From NCBI RefSeq assembly GCF_004010195.1, contig NC_057718.1, positions 25,019,199 through 25,048,609 on the forward strand: DNA of 29,411 bases, read 5' to 3'. The position numbers and the translations under genes were made by a program. Source of the stretch: Chiloscyllium plagiosum (lineage: Eukaryota). The notes below the pieces were generated by a model. It searched no databases. It saw nothing but the letters and a program-made list of their open reading frames with translations, and was not told the DNA's origin. This document shows, in pieces, positions 1-11,750 of this stretch (position 1 is its first letter; each line of letters opens with the position of its first letter).

Positions 1-91
1 GGGATCAATGAGTATGGAGAGAAAGCATGACTGGGATATTGAAATTGATCAGCTGAATGGCTCACTCCTGCACCTATTGTCTATGTTTCTA
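1..91 (+). mobile_element. CR1-type LINE 3' tail fragment (cut by window edge)
   Basis: gctgaatggctcactcctgcacctattgtctatgtttcta resembles the tail of the element ending at ~5599 (gctgaatggcctgctcctgacccaatgttcctatgtttct). Confidence 0.6.
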
Positions 92-2180
92 AAAGTTGAG
101 GTCAGCCATTTTAGTGTGCTTAGATCTGCAATAACCATCGGTTACGATGTGACTTTGCAATATATCTTGAGGAAACAGGAGAAAGGTGAATCAGAAATGT
201 GATTTGGAAACACAGAAAGGATATGATGGGAGCATTCAGTGAAGAACTGACACCAACAGTTTCAGTAAAACGAGGCAGGAGAGAGAGCACAAAGGGAGAC
301 AATGGTTGCTGCCTAGTGAAAGAACGGCCTGTTTGACAAGAAGCTTTTACCTGTATCATCTGGAGAATTAGGATAATTATTTTTTTCACATGAATGATAT
401 CTATCAGCAAATGCAGAGGACCTGGTATAGTAAAGCAGCTACTTAGAGTTACTTTTTTAATAATTTGTTAGTTTAAATGTGACATTTATCACCATACGTA
501 AGAGGAACAATAGGTGGCCTACTAAAGTAGTAATTTCTGCTAGTTAGTAACACATGTCAACTATTTTCCACAAAAATCAATAATTAACACAATGAGCAAT
601 TCTCTTGTGCTGAGCACATGAAATAAAGATAACTAATATTTTTCTCCATCATCGCAAGTTTGGATTTTAACTACTTAATGATCCTGCATTCAATCTTTAA
701 ATATGGTTAGGATGCTACTATATTTTTTCACTTTAGGTTCTTTTCCCGATTGTTAAGCCTCAGTTCTTTGTTTTAGATGGCACACATTATTTCCTAATAT
801 ATTGGTCACATGCTCAGAAACAGACTGGATACCTCATAAACAAGCAGCTTTTGGTCTCTGTCCTGCAGTCCACAACAGCTGTCCTAAGAGGATATTCCTG
901 CTGATTCATTTTCTATTTAATTAAAATCTGTGCTGGGGGTTTTGGGGAAGTTGTGCAGTAAAACATAATTTGTAGCTGGAGTAAGAGAAATATTCTCACA
1001 TGCAAATTGAAAATAAATCAGCTAAGTAGAGAAACTAATTCCAAATGCTTAAAAGTAGAAGTATCTATTTCATCTTAAAATTCTCACATAGAATTTGATA
1101 CTCTGGTAGACTTTTGCAGGGAATCAGTTGTATTTGTTCATGATGATTCCAGTGATTTATGTGGGTGCATGGAGGAATACCACATCTGATCATTGGAACG
1201 ATTGTAAGTTGTTTAAAAAAAAACTGACAAGTGGAACAAGTTGTGGGCTTGGTTTTTGACCTCTGTTGGTGATAATTAAGATTGAGTTTATTCCTGTACT
1301 TATGGGAATGATTTAACATCAATGAGGAGCTAGAACTTTGTCCAGTCCAAAGTCACAGAGTCACAGAAATGTTAAGGTGCAGATGGAGGCCATTTGGCTT
1401 ATCGTGCTCACATCAGCTCATTAAATGATCATCATTACCAATCTGCAGCTTTTTCTCCAATTCCCTTGCAAATTACTTTCAGTCCAATAATCATCCAATG
1501 CCCTCTTCAATGCCTCAAAAAATCGCGCCTCCACCATACTTCCTGGCAGCACATTCCATACCCATCTACTCACTGAGTGAAAATGTCTTTCCTCATTACA
1601 CCCTTGCTACTTTTGCACATCATTTTAAATTTGTGTCTTCTTGTTGCTACTTTTGTGAGCAGGAACAACTTTCCCTATCTACTCTCACTTATGATTTTGC
1701 AAACCTCTATCAGACCTCCTCTTAGCCATCTTCTCTACAAGGAGAGCTGACCCAAGTTCCTTAATCTATCCTCATAACTGAAGTTCATAATTGCTGGAAC
1801 CATTCTTGTCAATCAATTCTGCACTCTCTCCAATGCATTCATCTCCTTCCAATACTTTGGTTTCCAGACCTGTGTATAATACTCAAGCTGTGGCCTAATC
1901 AGTATCTTATACAAGTTCAACATTATGTCCTTGCCCTTGTACTCCATGTTCCTACTAATAAAGCTGAAGACACTTTGCTTTATTGATTGCTGCTTCTACA
2001 TGTCCATCACTTTCAATGGTCTATATATATGGACACCTTGGTGCTCTGCTACTGCATTCCCCTTGCAATTATACCCTATATTTTATGTTATCTTTTAATG
2101 TTCTTCCTATCAAAATGCACCACCTCACACTTCACTGCATGAAAACTCATCTACCACCTATCTGCCCTGTCCACCAACCT

Positions 2181-2373
2181 AAAGAAAATGAAGACTGCAG
2201 ATGCTGGAGAGTCAGAGTCGAAAAGTGTGGTGCTGGAAAAGCACAGCAGGTCAGGCAGAATCTGAAGAGCAGGAGAATCGATGTTTCAGGCATAGGCCCT
2301 TTACCAGGAATGTGGAGGGGGAAGGGGCTGAGAGATTAATAGGAAGGTGGGTGCGGGGCTGAGGGGATGATAA
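2181..2373 (-). mobile_element. Penelope-like-derived fragment inserted in the CR1, with decayed hammerhead motif
   Basis: actgcagatgctggagagtcagagtcgaaaagtgtggtgctggaaaagcacagcaggtcaggcag is shared with copies at 9582, 25703 and 28640. The minus strand at ~2275-2307 reads CTGGTAA-A-GGGC-CTAT-GCCT-GAAACATC. No clear TSD. Confidence 0.65.
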
Positions 2374-3041
2374 CACCTTTGGAGTTTGACACTGTCCTTA
2401 CAGTTTACAATTCTTCCAAGTTTTGAGTCACCTTCAGACTTTGAAATTTCCACCTGCACACCAAGATATAGATCACTAATAATTAATCAGGAAAAGCAAG
2501 GGTCCAAATACAAATCCCTGGGGAACTCCACTACAAACCTTCCCCCCAATCCAAAGAATATCCATTGACTATTACTCTGTTTCCTATCATTCAGCCAATT
2601 TTGTGTCTGTGTTGCTACTCACCCTTTTATTCCATGATCTGTAACTTTCCTCACAAGTCTGTTGCATGGCATTGAATCAAGCACTTTCTGAAAGTCTATG
2701 TGCACCACATCAATGACATTATCTTCATCAAGCCTTTCTGTTGCCTGTTCAAAAAACTTCCGCAACTTTGCTCAATGTGATTTCCCCTTTAGAAATCCCT
2801 ACAGACTCTTCTTAATCAGCCACCTTTCTCCATATAGCTACTAAATCTATCCCAAATAGATATCTGTAGATGCTTTCCTGCCACTGATGTTAAACTGACT
2901 GGTCTGTAACTACTGAGCTTAACCTTCCAATCCATGGATATGATGGTTGCAATTTTCCCATCATTTGGCATCTGCCCTTAGTTGAGGAAAGGCTGAAAAA
3001 ATGTAGCCAGTGCCCTTGCAATTCCCACTCTCATTTCCTTC

Positions 3042-5599
3042 GAAAGAAAGACCTTATAAAAACACAAAAAACAGCACAGATCCCACAGAATGGGACAAAT
3101 GCAAAGACCATCGAAGGGCTACAAGGTAGCTAACAAGAACAGCTAAAAAAAATTATGAAAAGAAACTGGCAAGGGGCACAAAAGATAATAAGAGATTTCA
3201 TAGTTATATAGAAGGGAAAGAGTACTGTTAGTTCATTGAAAGTTGAGGATGAGGATATTGTTAATGACCATGGAGTAGTGGCAGGCATGTTGAATGGAAG
3301 GTGAAGATCAAGCTGAGCTGGTAAGATGGATGCAGAACTGACTTTGTCATAGAAGGCAGAGAGTAGCGATGAAGGGTGTTTTTTCTGAGTGGAGATCTGT
3401 GACCAGTGGTGTTCCACAGGTATGAATGCTATGAGTCCTGTTATTGGTAATATATGTAAATGATTTGATGGAGAATGGAGATGGTCTGATTAGTAGGTTT
3501 GCAGATGATGCATAGATTGGGGAGCTGCAGATAGTGAGGATATTTGCCAGAGGATACAGCAGGATATTGATAGGCTGGGTACTTGGGTGGAGAAATGGCA
3601 GATGGGATATAATCAGGACAAATGCGAGGTCATGCATTTTGGAAGCTCTGATACAGCTGGGTAAATAAATGGTAAATGGCAGAACCCTTAGTAGCATCAA
3701 CATATACAGGGATCGATGCTTACAGGTCCACACTTTGCTGAAAGTGGTAATACAAGTCTCCAGTCATTTGGCATATTCGCCTTCATTAGTCAGAACAGAG
3801 TATAGAAATTAGCCAGTAATGTTACAGCTGTATTAAACTTTAGCTACTCTGCATTTGGAATATTATGTACAGTCCTGATTGTGACACTGCCAGAAAGATG
3901 TGGATGCTTTGCAGATGCTGCAGAAATGGTTTATCCGGATTTTGCCTGGTCTGGAGGGGATCACCTATGAGGAGAGATTGGACAAACTTTGTTTTCACTT
4001 GAATTTTGGAGACTGAGAGGTGACTTGATAGAGGTTAAAATAGATGGTCAGAGTCTTTCTTCCAGGATAGAAATGTCAATTACTAGGGGACATCGACTTA
4101 AAGTAAAAGTGGAAAAATTTAAAGGAGATGCAAGAGGCAAGTTTTTTTCACAATGAGGATGGTAAAGGAGGTTGTAGAAGCAAATACAATAGCAAAGTCT
4201 AAGAGGCATTTTGACAGAAACGTGAATAAGCAGGCAGTAGAGTATAAGGACTGTGTAGAGTTAAAAAATATTTAGTTTAGAAAGGCATCATGTGTCAGTG
4301 CAGGCTTGGTGAGCAGAAGGGCCTGTTCCTGAGCTGGGTGCTTTTTTTGCTCTTGTTTAGAGAATTTTGCTTCAGTATTTACATCAGAAAAGCAGGATAG
4401 CTTGCTGGATGTCCAAGTAAATTCACAGAGGATCAGGGACAGGGTTGAAATAAAGTTAGCTTAAGTAAATCATCAATAATGGGGAAATTAATGGAACTGA
4501 AGGGTGAAAGATCTCCACGATCTGATGGTTTCCATCCTCGGGTATTAAAACAGGTAGAGCAGCATATTGTTGATGCTCCAACCATAATCTTTTATAGTTC
4601 CCTGGTTTCAGGAGTTGTACCTCTGGATTGGAAATTTGCTCATGACCCTCCACTCTTTAAGTAAAGTGACAGAGGGAATTACAGACTAGTTAGCAACTTG
4701 GATAATGGCACCAAAAGTAAAATATCCAAATTTGCTGACGACACTAAATTAGGCAGCATTTTAGACAGTGTTGAGGACAGTATAAAATTCTAACAGGAAT
4801 TCGATAGATTAGATGAATGGGCAAAGCTGTGGCAAATGGATTTTAATATAAACAAGTGTGAAGTTATCCATTTTGGATCGAAAAAAGGATGGATCAAGGT
4901 TTTTTCTTTAGGTGACACATTTTAGAGAATGAAGGAGACAAGGATGTCCATCAAGATCTGTAGGTTCAGGTGCATAGCTCTTTAAAATGCCACAAACAGG
5001 TGCAGAAAATAGTCAGGAAGGCTAATGGAATGTTGGCCATCATATCTAAAGGCTGGAGTACAAGGTTACAGACATTATGTTGGAGTTATATAAACCCCTC
5101 ATTAGACACTACTTTAGAGTACTGTGAACAGCTATGGGTACCGTTCCTCAGAAAAGATGTTTTGGCCCTGGAGGGTGTTCAATGCAGGTTCAAAAGGATG
5201 ATACTTGGACTTCAGGAAGAGAGATTTTAGAAGTTAGAAGGTTAAGAGATGAATCTAATTGAGGTATTCAGGATATTAATAAGGAAAGACTGCATTGATA
5301 ATGATTAATTATCTTGACTGGTTGAAAGTTCTACAATTGGGGGCATAGTCTAAGAATTAGTGGCAGGTCATCTGGGAGAAATCCGGGAGAAAAACACTAC
5401 TTGCAATTCCTCAAATGGTAGTCAATGATATTCCAATTATTAAAGTTAAATCTGAGATAGACATTTTTTAAAATTAAACAAGGGTATTGAGGGATATACC
5501 TGCCTTGGCCCATATAGAGTCAGCCATGATCTTATGAAAAGGTGAAGCAGACTTGAAGGGCTGAATGGCCTGCTCCTGACCCAATGTTCCTATGTTTCT
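3042..5599 (+). mobile_element. 5'-truncated CR1 LINE inserted into the minus-strand CR1, itself interrupted at ~3297-4358
   Basis: Decayed ORF2 with SPRSDGFHPRVLKQV (ORF 4479-4664), FADDTKLG (~4731-4754) and KANGMLAII...LEYC (ORF 4970-5230). Tail gttcctatgtttct at ~5586-5599. Sequence ending ...atgttgaat (~3295) resumes as FASVFT (~4366). Confidence 0.75.
3297..4358 (+). mobile_element. 5'-truncated CR1 LINE (RT C-terminal half and 3' UTR), nested
   Basis: WRSVTSGVPQ at ~3390-3419, FADD at ~3498-3509 and DKCEVMHFG at ~3617-3643, followed by a 3' UTR with gaagggcctgttcct. Confidence 0.75.
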
Positions 5600-5729
5600 T
5601 GGAAGTATCTTATCCATTCTTGGTGTCTAGTCAATTTAAGTACCAACCATCTAACACTTCTGCTCTGTCAAGTTTGATGCCTTCTTGTGACTGAGTTCCC
5701 TTTTCTGTCACCACGGTCTGAGTAGCATC

Positions 5730-5905
5730 TTTCTTTGGTAAAGAGAAATGCAAATTCATTTAACACTTAAAGCATTGCCTGCCTCCAGGTGTTTCTCTCT
5801 AAGACTTTGCCCACAACAGAAGTGAGACTCACCGGCCTATAGTTTCTTTGGTAAAGAGAAATGCAAATTCATTTAACACTTAAAGCATTGCCTGCCTCCA
5901 GGTGT
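5730..5905. repeat. Perfect 63-bp direct repeat (5730-5792, 5843-5905) flanking a 50-bp CR1 RT fragment
   Basis: Both copies read tttctttggtaaagagaaatgcaaattcatttaacacttaaagcattgcctgcctccaggtgt. The spacer minus strand encodes YRPVSLTSVVGKVLER. Confidence 0.9.
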
Positions 5906-7070
5906 AAATTCTCTTTTTGGTCCTCAATTGGCCCTATTCCTCTTTTATTGCTGTTTTATTATTCATATGTCCTTTGGGACACCTCTCAAACCACTTTCTG
6001 GTATTTCTGCTCTGAACCTTTAATATTGCTCTTGGTTCTCAATTTTATTTTCTACCTGATACTTGTCATAAAGACACCTTTTTCTTCTTGACGTTAATTT
6101 CAATCTCCTTTGTCATTAAAGGAACTCTGCATCTGTCTGTTCTTCCTTTCCCTTTGAAGAAACATACCTTGGCTACACCCATACCATCTTCTCTTTTAAG
6201 CTAGCCCATTGTTTGGTTACTGTTTTTCCTATCAACGTCTCATTCCAGTCAATTCTGCTCCATTCTATTTTTGCCCTCTTGAGGTCTGCTCTCCACTAGT
6301 TGAGTTTTTTTACTCTGGGTTGTTGCATGCCACTCTCCACAACTATCCTGAACCTTATGATACAATGATTACTGTCTCCTGACTGTTACCCAACTGATAC
6401 TTGATCCACTTGACCCACCTCAACTACAGGAATCAGTTCTAAAAGTGCATTCTTTCATGTTAGGCTGGACACATACTGTGGTCGAGAGCTCCCTTGCTTG
6501 CAATCACTGTTCTGTACAATATAAGTATCCTAGTCTATCGGTATTTGAAGACTCTCATTAGAACTGCAGGTATCAAATAATTTTGGCATCTCTATAATTT
6601 CTATGGATGTTTATTTTTCCACATCCTTTCCACTAGTTCATGGTCTATAGACTACACTTAGCAATGCAATTGTGCCCTTTTTGTTCCTTAATTCTGGACA
6701 AATGGATTCTGTGCTTGGAATGTCTAAAATATCCTCTTTCTTCAGCACAGCAATATGTTCATTTACCTGTATTGCTACCACTTCTCCTTCCCTTCCTTCT
6801 ATCTTTTCTGAATACCTGAATGTCCACCTTTGCCCTGGTCGCTGTTATTGTTGCAGTATCAAAATTCTACCTGGAAATCTGCTCCTGTAACTCCTCATCT
6901 TATCTCCTATATATCATTCATTCACATATATGCACAGTGACCTTAATTTTGACTTCTTTTTTCCTTCTTTACTCTGACTTCACCTAACTTTCTATTGTCT
7001 ACGCTAATGCCAGTTGCATTTGCTAGTATTCTGAGAACCCTGGTATTTTCCTTTGCTATCCTCTCTTGAT

Positions 7071-7276
7071 TCCAAAGATGTGCAGGTTAGGTGGATCGGC
7101 AATGCTAAATTGACCATTGTGTCCAGGGATGTGCAGGCTAGGTGAGTTAGCCATGTGGAATGCAGGGTTACAAGGGCAGTGGGTGGGTCTGGGTGGGATG
7201 CTCTTCAGAGGGTCGGTATGGACTTGATGGGCTGAATGGCCTGCTTACACAATGTAGGGATTCTGTGGATTCTAAT
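7071..7276 (+). mobile_element. 5'-truncated HE1/V-SINE-like SINE
   Basis: tccaaagatgtgcaggttaggtggatcggcaatgctaaattg matches the SINE bodies at 10060 and 14532. CR1-like tail gattctgtggattcta, with tgattcc on both sides as a possible short TSD. Confidence 0.75.
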
Positions 7277-9581
7277 GATTCCCACATCCCTGTCAAGTTA
7301 GTTTAAAGCCTTCCCACCAGCAGTAGCAAAATGAAGGAACTCAGTCCCATCTCTGTTCAGGTACAACCCATCCAACTTGTACAGGTGCCACCTTCCCCAG
7401 AAGCGGTCCCAGTATCCCAGAAATCTAAAGCGCTCACTCATGCATCATCTTTTCAGCCATGCATTCCTCTGCCTTATCCCCCTATTTCTGTACTAGAAGG
7501 TGTGACACTAGAAGCAATCCAGGGATTACAAGATTTAAGATGCTGCATGCTAACTTGCTACCTAGCTTCTTAAATTATAATTGCAGAACCAAATTTCCCT
7601 CCTTACCCAGGTTATTGGCACTAGCATAAACCATGACCTCTGGCTGTTCATTCTCCGCAGAGGAATGTCTGGCAGCTGCTCTGTGAATCCTTGACACTAC
7701 CATTCTGGAGTTATGTTGATGGCCACAGAAAGGCCTGTCTTTTCCGCTAATGAACCCTCTATCATTATTGCTCCTCTTTTCTTCTTATTATTCATCTGCT
7801 GCTGTAGAATTGAGTCTCTGACAGCTCTCCCTTGAGACATCAGCACCCGCGTCAGTTTCAAGAATGGAAACTGATTTGTGAGCAAAATGCCAGAAGATTC
7901 CTACATTAGCACCCCATGTCTCTTGGACTGTCTCATGGTCACCCCTTCCCTTCCTTCCTCCAGACTCTCATGCTGTGGTGTGACCATGTCAAAAATACTG
8001 CAAAACTACCCTGTTTAGCCTACACTGATAGCTGGCAAACTCACGCAGACTGAACCTACAAGTGCAAAATCTTTGCGTCATCTCAAAATCTAAAATAAGC
8101 TTCAAACCACCTTTCCAGTCCATCACTAATAACACCTACTTCCATCAATAGAACATGTCATTAGTATGATTTGTACTAATTAGTGGAGAAATATCCATAC
8201 TATTTGCATCATTCATAGTGCAAAACCATTCAAGTAAAATTCTGCTGGGATTGCTTTCTAAATTATTAATGTTTGTCAGAATAATTTCCAAGTCTATTAC
8301 TCCTTTGCAAAGTGCAGTTTGTTCAATGCAAAATTGACCTGGTGACCTATTTTCTGTGGAATTGATTTTTGTGAAATAAATATATTTGGTGCTGAAATAG
8401 TTAGCCATTTTTTAAAATTTCCAATCATCACTTGTCAACAAGTCTTTGTTGTTATTAAATTGGAGGCTTAATGTAATGGACAATGGGGATTGGTAATGTA
8501 TATTCAACAAAAGGACCATATTTTGAAATTCCATTAGTAAAAATGGGAAAGGTAATTTGGAATTTTTTGTTGTTTACAAAAAAAATCTAGTTGATATGAA
8601 ATGGCCATCAAGACTATTTCATTATAATTTTAAAGCAAGTTGTGTACATTTCAACAACTGAGGCAATTTCTGGAATATATGTACCGTATTACTTTCCAGG
8701 AGATGTTGATGCATTAAGTGACCAGAAAAGGTCAAATGGATGAGGCTGGGACTGAAAGTGATATATTATAAAGATAACTGAAAGAATTATGATGGAAGCA
8801 ATTTCATAAGAAAATGAGTAATGCAGATATAAGTAACTGGTTTAGCTTAGATCCTGAGTACAGATTAAAGGACTCAAACACTGAATTAAGAAGGTTCAAA
8901 TAACACTAGAGGTATACACAGAAATTGCAGCTGAAGCAGTCGGTCTTGGTGTTTGGCCCCCATACTAACAGTAATCCTAATCTCAGCTGTTGTCTAATGC
9001 AGACACCAGTCATGAAATTGGAGATGCGGATTCATGCACCCCAGTGCACATTTGACATTTAGTGATTTGTTTCAGTTAATGGAGTTTCCACTGGAATGTG
9101 GGGCTCACAATGATATAGTTATGAAATTGATTTATGCAGAACATGTGTTCTACATTGTTCATAGCAATTTCTCACTGAAGCTGCCCAACCTGAAGCACGT
9201 GGCTTGTTTTCATTTTATTACTCTGAGAATGACTTCAATTAATGTGTACATCTGTACAACATGAACTAGCCATATTCAATCTGGCCACAATGATCTAATA
9301 CACATTGCCTAAGGCACATTACACATAGCCTAATACATTGTACTATGATGTACATTATAATGAACACAGTTATCTATTACAATGTTTATCTTCAACCATG
9401 CTGGGTTCCTGTGATGCTAGAGTCATACCATCATTTCCATCGTCAATTTTAACATATCAGTTTAGACAGAAATTTGGGTGCAAGTTCAATCCCAACCAAG
9501 TTTACATTAATTCTTTTGTATTGTGACTGGCACAAGTAGTTAAGGATGTTCCTCCACAAATGACTCCTAGTTTCATTGGGA

Positions 9582-9760
9582 GTGTGGTGCAGCAAGTCAG
9601 GCAGCATTTGAGGAACAGGAGAATCGATGTTTCGGGCATAGACACTTCCCGATGAAGGGCTTATTCTGGACGGCTTATTCTGAAGGGCTTCCCTGTTGTG
9701 CTTTTCCAGCACCACACTCTTGACTCTGATCTCCAGCATTTGCAGTCCTCAATTTCGACC
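9582..9760. mobile_element. Fold-back Penelope-derived element with TSD
   Basis: TSD agtttcattggga (9569-9581) / agtctcattggga (9761-9773). Partially inverted arms, with ccgatgaagggcttat (hammerhead-like 5' half) at 9649-9664. Confidence 0.7.
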
Positions 9761-9868
9761 AGTCTCATTGGGATGGCTTAGATTTGTTCATCCTGTCAAC
9801 TGCTACATTTACATTACCATTTCTAAAGTAAAAATCTCTGGGTGAAGATGAAAGAAACTGCATCAAAT

Positions 9869-10040
9869 CAATAATCATTGAGCCATAGAGTTATACAGCA
9901 TGTAAACAGATTCTTCGGTCCAACTCATGCCAATGATATATCCTAAACTAATCTAATTCCATTTGCCATTATTTGGCCCATATCCCTCTAAATGTTTCCT
10001 ATTCATGTATCCATCCAGATGCCTTTTAAATATTATAGTC
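9869..10040 (-). mobile_element. CR1-type LINE 3' tail
   Basis: catagagttatacagcatgtaaacaga...ttggcccatatccctctaaa...ccagatgccttttaaa is the reverse complement of the tail type seen at 25930-26231. Confidence 0.7.
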
Positions 10041-10059
10041 TGCAAATAAAACACATAGT

Positions 10060-10373
10060 GGCGGCACGGTGGCTCAGTAGTTAGCACTGCAGCCTCACAG
10101 CACCAGGAGCCCAGGTTCGATTCCAGCCTTGGGTGACTATCTGTGTGGAGTTTGCACATTCTCCCCGTGTCTGCATGGTTTCCTTCAGGTGCTCTGGTTT
10201 CCTCCCACAATCCAAAGCTGTGCCGGTCAGGTGAATTGGCCATGCTAAATTGCCCATAGTGTTAGGTGCATTAGTCAGAGGGAAATGGGTCTGGGTGGGT
10301 TACTCTTCGGAGGGCCGGTGTGGATTTGTTGGGCCAAAGGGCCTGTTTCCACACTGTAGAGAATCTAATCTAA
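10060..10373 (+). mobile_element. Full-length tRNA-derived SINE (HE1/V-SINE-like)
   Basis: Pol III A box tggctcagtag (10070-10080), B box ggttcgattcc (10114-10124), V-domain-like ctgtgtggagtttgcacattctccccgtgtctgc and an (aatct)n tail. Confidence 0.88.
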
Positions 10374-10750
10374 CAACTGATGACTACCAAGTTTTCCCTT
10401 GGTCAGTTTATCAGATGTTTGTCCCATATTTCTTAACATTGCAGCACATCTTATGTCCTCTGAGGAAGTAAAGTAAAGCTCATTGCTGATTGCTACCTGG
10501 GATGTAAGTTATCACATATCTCCAGTTGCTGCATTGTGATTGGGCCCAGCAATAATCAGGGGATTGGGGAACTTGCACCCAAAAAGAAACAGGAGAATTG
10601 TTTTTTTCCCAAATGCCAGAAGTGATAAAGCAAAATGGACAAAATTTTGAAAAGAAAGCTAGGTTGACAATATAAGTAAAACTAATCAATTAAATTGTAT
10701 GGAGTCCAATGTGAAATATTAGATTCTCTCTTTTTTTGAATGCTGACTAA

Positions 10751-11395
10751 AACACCACAAGATCCAGGAGCAATGTAGGCCATTAGCCCATTGAGTATGC
10801 TCTCCCATTCGATGAGCTCATGGCTGACCTGATAATCCTTATGTCCATTTTCCTGCCTTTTCTCCATAGTCCTTGATTCCCTTGCTATTAAAGATCTCTC
10901 TCAGTCTTGGATATAGTTAATTATCCTCAGCCTCAGCAGCCCTCTGTGGTCAAGAATTCTACAAATTCACTACAGGCAGAGAAGAGATCCTTCCTCATGT
11001 TTCTTAAATGTGTAACCAATTATTCTGAGATTATGTTCTCTGGTCCTAAACTCTCCCACAAGGAGAAGTAACCTCTCCATAACTGCACTGTCAAGTCCTT
11101 TACATTTTGTACATTTCATTAAGGTTGCCTTTCATTCTTCTAAATTCAGATACGTACTGATCCAATCAACTCAACCTCTCTTCATAAGACTATTCCTCCA
11201 AACCCGGTATCAACCTGGTAAACCTTCTCTGAATCTCCTGCAATGCCAGTATATCTTTCCTTCAGTAGAGAGCCCAAAATTCCTCACATTATTCCAGTGA
11301 TATTGGACTGGTGCCTTGTGTAGTTAAAGCAAAAGCTGCCCGGTTTTATACTCCATCACTTTTAAATAAAAACCAATGCTTCATTTGCCTTCCTG
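10751..11395 (-). mobile_element. 5'-truncated CR1 LINE (ORF2 C-terminus and 3' UTR), decayed
   Basis: caggagcaatgtaggcccattagcccattgag tail, followed by minus-strand ORF2 C-terminal-like sequence ending tttgccttcctga. Confidence 0.7.
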
Positions 11396-11677
11396 AGGGT
11401 ACCTTAAAGTAACCCTGCACTGATTTGTTTATTATGCTCCCAGCATTGTGGGTCATCCACCTCCTGCTTGGTTAATATTGGGGGAATGCTTTGAGGGCCT
11501 TAAATGGGTAGAATTGCTCAATTAAGGGCCTCAATTGGTGGTAGGCTGTTTCCAGGCCTGCCTACAACAGATTTAATTGTGATAGAAATGGGCAAGATGC
11601 AGTGTCACCATTTGAGATCATCCTGTCCGATTAAATAGACCCCTGCCACCACTAGAGAGATAATTAAATTCCATCTG

Positions 11678-11750
11678 TAAACTCTGCTTTTCTCTTCACA
11701 GATGCTGCCAGAGCCATTGAGTACTTCCATCATTTTCTTGTTTTATTCTG
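11678..11750 (+). mobile_element. Old Penelope-derived fragment
   Basis: ttctcttcacagatgctgccagagccattgagtacttcca resembles 26807-26866. Confidence 0.5.

Larger units (their letters stand above)
1351..7995 (-). mobile_element. Old, near full-length CR1 LINE (ORF1 esterase, APE, RT, 3' tail), broken up by later insertions
   Basis: Tail repeat agtcacagagtcacag at 1351. Decayed RT at ~1800-3040, resuming at ~5600. The minus strand reads ESICPELRNKKGTIALLSVVYRP (~6640-6710, APE) and FRFLGYWDRFWGRWHLYKLDGLYLNRDG (~7345-7430, SGNH-esterase-type ORF1). AIMIEGS (~7750-7770) resembles the esterase GDS block. Many stops and frameshifts. Confidence 0.8.

Noticed and set aside
5730..5905. Repeat-spacer-repeat resembling a minimal CRISPR array
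   Set aside because: Only two 63-bp units derived from LINE sequence, in vertebrate-type DNA with no cas genes.
10060..10135. tRNA-like sequence with A and B boxes
   Set aside because: It is the head of a SINE, continuous with the SINE body and tail, so not a tRNA gene.
11491..11534. Imperfect inverted repeat ttgagggccttaa / ttaagggcctcaa
   Set aside because: Probably the remnant of an old MITE-like repeat, too short and degenerate to call.
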